From the NCBI GenBank assembly GCA_013360585.1, contig JABWBH010000016.1, positions 9,474-73,473 on the forward strand: a DNA stretch of 64,000 nt, written 5' to 3'. Origin of the DNA: Phycisphaerae bacterium (GTDB lineage: Bacteria > Planctomycetota > Phycisphaerae > UBA1845). Positions within the stretch are counted from its first letter, which is position 1, and each line of letters starts with the position of its first letter. Under the pieces are notes generated by a model. The model did no database searches. It was not told where the DNA came from and saw nothing but the letters and a program-made list of their open reading frames with translations. Positions 58,601 to 64,000 of this stretch are shown here, one piece after another. The position numbers and the translations under genes were made by a program.

Positions 58601-61600
58601 CGGTCGCAATTTGCTCCGGCTGGGCTTTTTTCAATGCCACGTGGCGCATCGCCCGTACCGACGCCTCAGCCCCCTTGAGATGCTCGATCATCTCCTCGAT
58701 CTTCGGGAAATGCGCCCGATCCGCGATGACGATCAGCTTGCTCGTCGCCGCCTGCGGAATGAACTGCGGACCGATCGCCCTGGCCCCACCCGGAGCCGGC
58801 GGACGCCCGCCGCGCGACGAGGACGGTCCCGTCGATTCCAACCCGACGAGCGACGGCATCACCTGACCGAGCTGCTCCGCCATCGCCGTCACGTCCGTCC
58901 CCGTCGGGTACGTGTACACCCGCGTCTCCGTCCCCTCCTCGGGCGGAACGTCGAACTGATGCACGACCTCCTCGATCTTCGTCATCACCACCGCCGACGC
59001 CTTCACCAGCAGACGCTTGTCCAGCGGAAAGAGCGTCGCGCCGGCCGAGGCTTGCGCCCCCGGCCGACCCGTCGGGCGGGGGCTCCGCTGAGGCCCCTCG
59101 CCTCCCATGTTCATCGCGCCGGACGATCCCTGAAGCACCATCGCTTCCACAATGCTGATGATCGTCTGCGGATCCGCATACTGAAGCGTGAACGTCCGCT
59201 CGATCTGGTCCGACGGTTGATCCAGCACGCCGACCAGATCGCGGATCTGCTGCAACTCCGCAGCGCCCGCTCCGAACACGAGGATGCCCCCGTCGGTCGC
59301 CAGCAGCTTGCGCGAAGACCCCGACGGCGAGGCGTTGTTCCCGCGCTGCGGACCGGTCGGCGCGCCGCCGAGGAACCCGTTGATGCGCTCGATCGCCTCG
59401 TTCGGATCCAGATGCGACAGCGCGATCCGCGTGAACGAGTTCGCCCCGTCGTCCACGTCAAGCTGCTCGATCAGCGCCGCATATCGCTCCCACTCCCGAT
59501 CCGAACAAAGCACATAAAGCCGACCGTTCTCGTCGTCCGGCGTGAATTTCCCCGCCGACGGACGCGCGCCGCCGCGCGGTGGATTGCCCCCGGTCGGACG
59601 CGGCGCCGCCGCGCCCTCGGACGAGTCATACGTCTGAAGCAACGCCACGATCCACGACGGCGTCTTGTGCCGAATCTCCGCGATGTGCAGCGTCGCGTCC
59701 CCGGGCGTCGGCTGGTCGAACATCGCCGCCAGCTCCCTCACCCGCGCCACGCCCTCCTCGCTGCCCACCACGACGAGCTGATTCCAGTCCGTCATCGGAA
59801 GAATCACCACCCCGTGTGATGACCCCGCGCTCGACCGCGTCTGCGACGGACGACCCGGCGTCGGACGCGGCGGAGCAGCCTCGGCGGCCTTGCCCGACTC
59901 CGCGTCCAGAATGCTCTCGATCGTCTGCGCCAGATCGTCCGCGTTCGCGTGCTCAACCGGAATCACGACCGGAACACGCTTCGACTCCTCCGCCTCAACG
60001 TCGAGATCCGACAGAAACCTGCGGAATTCCTCGATCCGGATCGGAAGTGCGTACGCCTGAACTTCCTTCCGCTCATCGTTGGGAATGAAGATCGACTCCG
60101 GCTCGTCCCCCACCGCGATGCTCAGTCCGTCGCCGCCCGAGCGCGACGGCGCGTTCGCCGCCCCGCCCGTCGGCCGCGCCGGAGGCGTCGGCGTCCGCGG
60201 TGCGGACTTCCCGCCCGGCTTCTGCATGAACCGCTCGATCGTCTCCACCGCCTGCGACGGCAAAATGTGCTGACAGGCGATCCGCTGGAACTCCCGCCGG
60301 TCCTTGATGTCGATCAGAAACCGCTCCGCCATCGTCAGGTACTTGTTGATGTCGCTGACCTTGGCGTAAATCCCGATGACGTTCGATCCCTCCTGCACCG
60401 GCGCAATGCGCGCATAATCCGGCACGAAGCTGCGCAGCAGATCGAGGTTCGCCGCAGACCCGGCCGGAAGCTCGTACTGAACGTACACCAGCTCGTCGTC
60501 GTGCGGACGCGCAGCGCGGAACTCCGCCACGCTCGTGAACATGTGCTCTTCCGGCATCTGACGCCAGTAATCGTTGACGCTCAGCACGACGAGATACTCG
60601 CCGTCTCGCACGATCGTCCGACGGTTCAGAACGTCCGCCTGCCAGATCGCCGTCTTCACGCGCCGGAACGCCTCTTCCCACGTCATCTCCTTGTCAGCCG
60701 GCGCGGCGTAGTACGCGTTCCCCTTCGGAATCTCTCCCGTCGGCGTCAGACCCGACTGACGGCCGAACTCAATCAGCAGATCTTCGTACGTCCCCTGCAC
60801 GCTGATCACGCCGTAGGTTCTGTCCGCGGCGTCCACCCGATCCCGACCCGGGTCAGACCGCGCGGATCCGGTGCGCGAGCTGGACGCAGTCGGCGTTCGC
60901 GCACCCGTCTCACCGTCAGGACCAGCCTGCGGCGCATTGTTCTCACCTTTCAGGACCGGCGCCTTCTCACTAACGCCAGGCTCCTCGGGGTCAGCCGGAG
61001 GGACCGGACGGGACTGCGTGCTGGACTTGCTGACGGCGTCGCCCCCGGACGGCAGCGGAGGATCATCCACCGTCGTAATCGGGCCTTGCGGCCGGGATCC
61101 GGATGTCGGCTTCTTCACCGGCGGCGCGGATCCGCCCGAACCCGACTTCACTTCAGGCTGGATCTCCGGCTTCATCGGGTCGACCCCGGGAAGCTCGGGC
61201 GACTTCGACTTGTCCGTCTCCCCCCCCGGAGCTTTGACGGTGGAATCACCCGAAGGCGCGCCTCCCGACGGCGGCGTCAACCGCCCCGGCTGCACGCGTT
61301 CAGCCTGAGGAGCTCCGGTCCCCGTCTTCTCGCTCGAAGTGTCCGCCGGTCTGCCGGGCAACGAGACCTTCCCAGCGGAGGCGCCACCGGGCGTCGACAG
61401 TTTTGACTCGCCGGGCTTCGCATCCCCGGGCTTCATCGCGCCGGACTTGTCCCCAGGTTTTGCGTTCACGTCCGCGGGTTTGCCCGCGCCCTTCGGTTCA
61501 GCCCCGGAATCGCCCTTGCCAGCAGGTTTACCCTTTTCGCCGCCCGTCGCGCTCTCGTCGGAGTTGTCCGCCTTCTTCGCGGCCTTCTTATCCTTCTTCT

Positions 61601-61778
61601 TTTTCTTCTTCCCGCCGGACTTGTCCTTCTCGCCGCCGGCGTTCTTGTCCGTCTTCTTCTCTGCCGGAGGCTGCGCAGGCGCGCCGCCCTCCTGCGCAAG
61701 GACCGGTCCCGCCGCCAGCGCCAGCATCAATGCCGGAATGATGATCCTAAGCCAGTTCTGAGAATATCCGACCGTCAT
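52653..61778 (-). CDS. Giant (~3,040 aa) secretin N-domain repeat protein lacking a secretin core
   Basis: Signal peptide (IIIPALMLALAAGPVLA-Q), disordered N-terminus, N0-like segment, then ~27 N-type repeats counted by eye. Ends ...DDVQAIIDMLRQQDEGTSSSSGSGRRR with no secretin core motif. Confidence 0.88.
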   Translation of the reverse strand: MTVGYSQNWLRIIIPALMLALAAGPVLAQEGGAPAQPPAEKKTDKNAGGEKDKSGGKKKKKKDKKAAKKADNSDESATGGEKGKPAGKGDSGAEPKGAGKPADVNAKPGDKSGAMKPGDAKPGESKLSTPGGASAGKVSLPGRPADTSSEKTGTGAPQAERVQPGRLTPPSGGAPSGDSTVKAPGGETDKSKSPELPGVDPMKPEIQPEVKSGSGGSAPPVKKPTSGSRPQGPITTVDDPPLPSGGDAVSKSSTQSRPVPPADPEEPGVSEKAPVLKGENNAPQAGPDGETGARTPTASSSRTGSARSDPGRDRVDAADRTYGVISVQGTYEDLLIEFGRQSGLTPTGEIPKGNAYYAAPADKEMTWEEAFRRVKTAIWQADVLNRRTIVRDGEYLVVLSVNDYWRQMPEEHMFTSVAEFRAARPHDDELVYVQYELPAGSAANLDLLRSFVPDYARIAPVQEGSNVIGIYAKVSDINKYLTMAERFLIDIKDRREFQRIACQHILPSQAVETIERFMQKPGGKSAPRTPTPPARPTGGAANAPSRSGGDGLSIAVGDEPESIFIPNDERKEVQAYALPIRIEEFRRFLSDLDVEAEESKRVPVVIPVEHANADDLAQTIESILDAESGKAAEAAPPRPTPGRPSQTRSSAGSSHGVVILPMTDWNQLVVVGSEEGVARVRELAAMFDQPTPGDATLHIAEIRHKTPSWIVALLQTYDSSEGAAAPRPTGGNPPRGGARPSAGKFTPDDENGRLYVLCSDREWERYAALIEQLDVDDGANSFTRIALSHLDPNEAIERINGFLGGAPTGPQRGNNASPSGSSRKLLATDGGILVFGAGAAELQQIRDLVGVLDQPSDQIERTFTLQYADPQTIISIVEAMVLQGSSGAMNMGGEGPQRSPRPTGRPGAQASAGATLFPLDKRLLVKASAVVMTKIEEVVHQFDVPPEEGTETRVYTYPTGTDVTAMAEQLGQVMPSLVGLESTGPSSSRGGRPPAPGGARAIGPQFIPQAATSKLIVIADRAHFPKIEEMIEHLKGAEASVRAMRHVALKKAQPEQIATAISAMIRNEQGGGGGPGPRPGRGGGGSPGGAGQFYIAEAPGGHAVVMHGTVAELDQAQKWIEDLDKQALVGQQVKLYHINEAEPKQLVDLIINVIDAPQASGAQPRGGRSQAPAPQPKPSSKKSDEDSLDALFGPSSEPEWESTRTYQGRDLYLQADYYARTILIVTSAAKLEEIDSLLAKLDPAPGEGDSPLTKPLEPYTLIYELSYADAWDAYLALDTYVTGMWEDDPAISYDEDLNTLTVKHPRLSVLQEIQKIVFAVVDKPGEKDVPTRRVIPVPINVPVESVAERINIDGREITKKLAPQANQDVLDDYGVEKVQPRRSGGTNGAGGASSTNEAGKTGGGCVLPSSLSAGRSASLILTAFTQEAPPESGGKKNKKKKEAEPAEPAPKEKAAKKSDSRAEKKDDRRSRGEDEGAAESVEDAATVGEGGMTSEEPPTDIRDGDVPVVTGDDPLPGMPAPRASASPPPSVEPEGESRILFVPRQTGVGRETGEGELEKVSLIWDPITNTLVVEGSYEDVTAVEEMVTELAKEQPSTKPDIRVYRVKYIDPVLAKDIIEEMFGAGSRNMQNLMRQQQQQMQQMAQRQAQQAAAARAAAAGGGNRSGRGEEEDAGRTAPGLPGGVSGQPGRPGQPGQGDDGQQQNPNQQMLAQMQAQQSTQITVYANPRDRTLVFRAPTGMYPAILELLATIDRPQEVESEFRIFALKKLQAEDVEKKLRDFLRLDEKPKSQEERLRDAESDGGVMPKPIIDPVSGTEIIPAQIRISSNPMANTIIALAPEPALNFIGTLIADWESFELPERKVEWVPLINSLATDVAGMLDQHFADTARGASGGDARGGKASGQSPIAPPTFLPYPRLNVVVVRATEEQMTEVKEVIARLDVAPEGTQYEFIELHCAEGGELATQLGQMFSDAGSGGKGRGGAPAEGAKFYATGDGRILFYSVPNAIKPEVLATIERIDQQTCMQQEVRIIDVKFGVPSEIADAVNLAYGGGSRGSSARGGGRGGSTAAGRITVAASDATRKLFVSAPNEEAFKQVESLVGKLDIVTDLQFRVFKLQYLNARAVLEMMKGMMAQYQSGSGSRGSSEKFAVDADDATNALIVLGGPQTHAFIQMALTDLDTPDKAVGKVVTAMYQLVRANAEEVAKNINSTYGDRKDKGVEVKAEANKAMNVVIVRASEKMQEEIKNNFINPLEEMQPPQLQYKVIDLKHVHPDLMADKIRALVSERVEGFKAVGAKGDAMSTTVVISSDPDMRQLLVLADEDNLKFIEERVGMLDTEETSLKEGLLTKKYPVQWADPNVLKSVIDEWTATRTGKGRTAKQTTVQTSARDLVLAFVDPATSSLIVTASENNHERIQQLLAELDVDTGLGAQREVIFLKQANAEELAQVITQGLGKSGAVQKRQPGQQLTVTPVPALNAILISGAPKDIEEAKALVSQLDLPANEDAGIVIRVYPLEYLDPQYVVTMVNQAFAQTRGGKQRPEDTIKAAWTPPSNLIIGASKENHDKIAMLLTQLDVASSAQRTVQTIKLTYANAQDVAQNLSQLIQNTQAKKKTEVQPMYVAPDLGTNSLIVFANEVEMNWVKELLTKLDVEEVTTGRTITSIKLSYADPQAVSQAISNVFGQGGQSSGGRKNPQDTVIAFPEMGSRSVIIASSPRMLKDVQSLVAQLDKEEGADRPIRVVEIKNVDPEGVQSVLQDLFSGGADPFGGGRGRRGGGFFFWDQTDSGGGMVVALVPGTNNLVIRANDEEFKKISEIIEKIDVDLAKKQDIRVFMLKHIAVDEAQAALQSYLQRPGSSSGSSNRNPFFFSPSRGGSSEALSGGARISALTSANALVVVAEPEVMETIAGVIAQLDSELYQEGTFEIIGVEQGYNVSLLAQQVSDAINKGIQGSGQGRSGGTSRGSVTITPDARTRSLIVTGAPSLFPQVREMVAQLTSRGPAGGEETRLVPIKKLSADDVQAIIDMLRQQDEGTSSSSGSGRRR

Positions 61779-62067
61779 GATGCACGATCTCCTGATGAGC
61801 AATCCTTCGTCGCTGCGCCTTCCCTGACGACGCTCGCGGCCTTATTCCAGTCCGCACCGGCGCATGCCGCAACCGCTTCTAGTTGTTCTCTGTCTGGTGT
61901 CCTCAGTTACAGGTTCGTTGCATCAATACGGATCGCAGACCTCCGGTCCGCACGGGCCCGCCAGAACTCCTCGCTCTCCTTCAAGCGCAACAACCTACAA
62001 CCCACCTCACTAAAGCTTCGTCGTTATCTCACACATCTCACGGCGCCCGCTCGCCCTCATTGCGTCC

Positions 62068-63492
62068 TCACCGGTTGTCCGGTGGACCCGCCGGTTGAGG
62101 GTTTTCTTCGCCTGGGGCGGGCGGAGTCTGCGCACCGTCCTCGGAATTCTCTTCCAGCGGTCCTTCCGGCTGATCCGTCGGGCGAGCCGGAAGACTTTCC
62201 CCGGTCGTCCGGTTGGAGGCGCCGTTGCCGACATTCGACCCGCCGATCCGCGTTGACGTACTCAGGCTGCCCGGCCGCGGCGTCGTCCGCGAAGTCGGGG
62301 CGTTCGCGCCCGTGCTGACCGGCGGTCGCGGCGGCGTCCCAGGCCGACTCGACGTTGATCCCGGCGAAGGCGCAGAACCCGATCCCGATGAGGACGACAG
62401 CGCCGCCACCGTCTCACCCGCAAGCCCCGCCAACGCCCGAATCTCGTTCTCCGTCAACGGCGCAATCCCCGCCGACTTCTCCTTCAGGTCCGGGAAAGCG
62501 TCCGCCGCCCCCGCCTCCACTCGGCGACTGAACTCCTCCCCCAGAGGATAAACGTAGCTCTTGTCGTGATAGCGCACGAGCGCCCCGCGCGTACTGGCCG
62601 CCTCCAGCATGCCGCCGTCGAATTCCTGCCCGATGTGGATCCGCTTCCGGTTCGTCGCCCGCGCCGTGTCCTGCACGAGCACGCTCGCCCCCTCCGGGTC
62701 ATGCATCATCGAGATCGCCACCACCCGCCAACGCCCCGACCACGGTTTGCACACCAGCGGATCGGGCGGCTTCGGCGTCTTCGATCCCGTGTCGATCGGC
62801 GGCTTCGTTCCCGTCGGCTTCTCGGGTTCGTATTCCAGAAACGGCTTGGCGCTCGCCAGCTTGATGATGTCGGGCTCACCGTGTCGCACGAACGTTTTCG
62901 GTTGCGGCGGCAGCTTCTTCGGATCCACCGTGTACGCCAGCGCCGCACGCGGACGCGCCGGCAGCAGAAGCGCCTGAATGTCGAGGGTCAGCTTGATCAG
63001 ATCCTTCGCCTTCTCCCCGCGCGGCGGCAGGATCGGCGACAGCTTCGGATCCACGACCCGCAGCACGTGAGGCAACTCGTACACCTCGCGCAGGAAACCC
63101 AGGACGCTCTCCAGCTTCTGCTGACCGCTGACCGAAAACCCCAGCTCCAGCGCGTCCGTCTTGCCGTAACGCTGCTCGCGCTTCGGCGTCACCTTCAGAT
63201 CCTCCAGCGCATACTCATGCGCCAGATCCTCAATCCGGTGGTGCAGGTCGTCCTTCAGCTCCCCCAGCTCCAGCGTGCCCACCCGGCTGACCAGTTTCTC
63301 ATAATCCTTCCGCGCGAATTCATACTGAGCGTTGAACTCCGCCGCCTCGCTCTCCTGAGCACGCAGTTTCTCGATGTCCTGCTCGATGCGGACCAGCGGG
63401 ACCACCCACCACGCGTAGACGGTCTTGTATCCCACCCAGACCGCTATCAGGACCGCGAAGGTGATCCCCAGAATTTTCGTTCGTTTGTCCAT
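62068..63492 (-). CDS. PilO/GspM-like inner-membrane protein with C-terminal GspC-HR/PilP-like domain and disordered tail
   Basis: N-terminal TM, coiled coil, FSVSG...VLGFLREVYELPHVLRV, then beta-rich WRVVAI...IHIGQEFDGG...YVYPLG. Confidence 0.65.
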   Translation of the reverse strand: MDKRTKILGITFAVLIAVWVGYKTVYAWWVVPLVRIEQDIEKLRAQESEAAEFNAQYEFARKDYEKLVSRVGTLELGELKDDLHHRIEDLAHEYALEDLKVTPKREQRYGKTDALELGFSVSGQQKLESVLGFLREVYELPHVLRVVDPKLSPILPPRGEKAKDLIKLTLDIQALLLPARPRAALAYTVDPKKLPPQPKTFVRHGEPDIIKLASAKPFLEYEPEKPTGTKPPIDTGSKTPKPPDPLVCKPWSGRWRVVAISMMHDPEGASVLVQDTARATNRKRIHIGQEFDGGMLEAASTRGALVRYHDKSYVYPLGEEFSRRVEAGAADAFPDLKEKSAGIAPLTENEIRALAGLAGETVAALSSSSGSGSAPSPGSTSSRPGTPPRPPVSTGANAPTSRTTPRPGSLSTSTRIGGSNVGNGASNRTTGESLPARPTDQPEGPLEENSEDGAQTPPAPGEENPQPAGPPDNR

Positions 63493-63537
63493 CTCAATTC
63501 CGATCACCGCCCCGCACGCGACCCAACGCACACTCGG

Positions 63538-64000
63538 TCACCTTCCGGACCCCGCCGCATCCCCCTCGTCGCTTTTCTTGCCGGAATCCTTGCCTTCCGC
63601 CGGCGTCTCCGCACCCGGATCTCGCGCCTCGTCCGTCGAACCCGCACCGGAATCCGGAGCAGAGATCGGTTTCCCCGTTGCATCCGTCCGAACACCCGAC
63701 GCCGGTTTCTTTTCCGCTCCGCCGGACGACGAAGTTCTCGGCGGAGGCGTTCCGCGCGTCGAAACCGGCGGCCGACCTGTCGTCGGAACGCGCCCCGGAG
63801 GCGACGCCGTCGGGCGACCGCCCGCTTCCTTCGCTTCATCAGGCCCCGTCTTCGCCGCCCCGTCGCCGGGCTGAACCTCTGTCCCCCCGGTCTCAGGGAT
63901 GGGCGGAGCGTCTGCATCCGGTTTCGCCACCGGTTTCAACGTCGAGGACGCGTCTCGCGGTTCAGTAACGGCGGTATTCGGCTTGTCCTCGTTGTCGGAC
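63538..64000 (-). CDS. C-terminal Pro/Ala/Gly-rich tail of an upstream gene (runs off window; probably same T2SS/T4P-like operon)
   Basis: Frame open to the window end; co-oriented, with its stop 45 bp before the next gene's start. Confidence 0.55.
   Translation of the reverse strand, partial: SDNEDKPNTAVTEPRDASSTLKPVAKPDADAPPIPETGGTEVQPGDGAAKTGPDEAKEAGGRPTASPPGRVPTTGRPPVSTRGTPPPRTSSSGGAEKKPASGVRTDATGKPISAPDSGAGSTDEARDPGAETPAEGKDSGKKSDEGDAAGSGR

Noticed and set aside
53229-59819. Long plus-strand ORFs (1165 aa, 772 aa) opposite the giant repeat gene
   Set aside because: Antisense shadows typical of high-GC DNA: Arg/His/Leu-rich with no motifs.

Overview
GC-rich bacterial chromosomal window. 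Gene content points to a planctomycete, probably Phycisphaerae (inference): an H-X9-DG prepilin protein, a PQQ-prenyltransferase-MoxR-DUF58-BatA cluster, NPCBM and DUF4175-like proteins, and giant secretins. It holds about 38 CDS, including housekeeping genes nadK, ltaE, ugd, ribF, nrnA, aroB and ygiQ. Standout observations: (1) a T2SS-like locus with a ~3,040-aa protein built almost entirely of ~27 secretin N-type ring repeats and no secretin core, followed by a ~1,650-aa secretin with ~13 such repeats, a coupled lipoprotein, and an upstream PilO/GspM + GspC/PilP-like protein; (2) an ~80-aa Cys-bracketed C-terminal domain (CxGxExLK...KA...PG...TF...N[ND]RGK...C...C[PK]-stop) shared by three otherwise unrelated, unlinked secreted proteins, a candidate new sorting or anchoring domain; (3) an ABC-ATPase + TOPRIM-like DUF4276 pair resembling PARIS/AbiL-type defence systems; (4) a 161-bp ISAs1-like MITE with 19-bp TIRs and a perfect 10-bp target duplication; (5) a classical C2H2 zinc finger + Lys-rich + wHTH protein. 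No tRNA, rRNA or CRISPR array was seen. All domain calls are by-eye motif recognition, not database searches.
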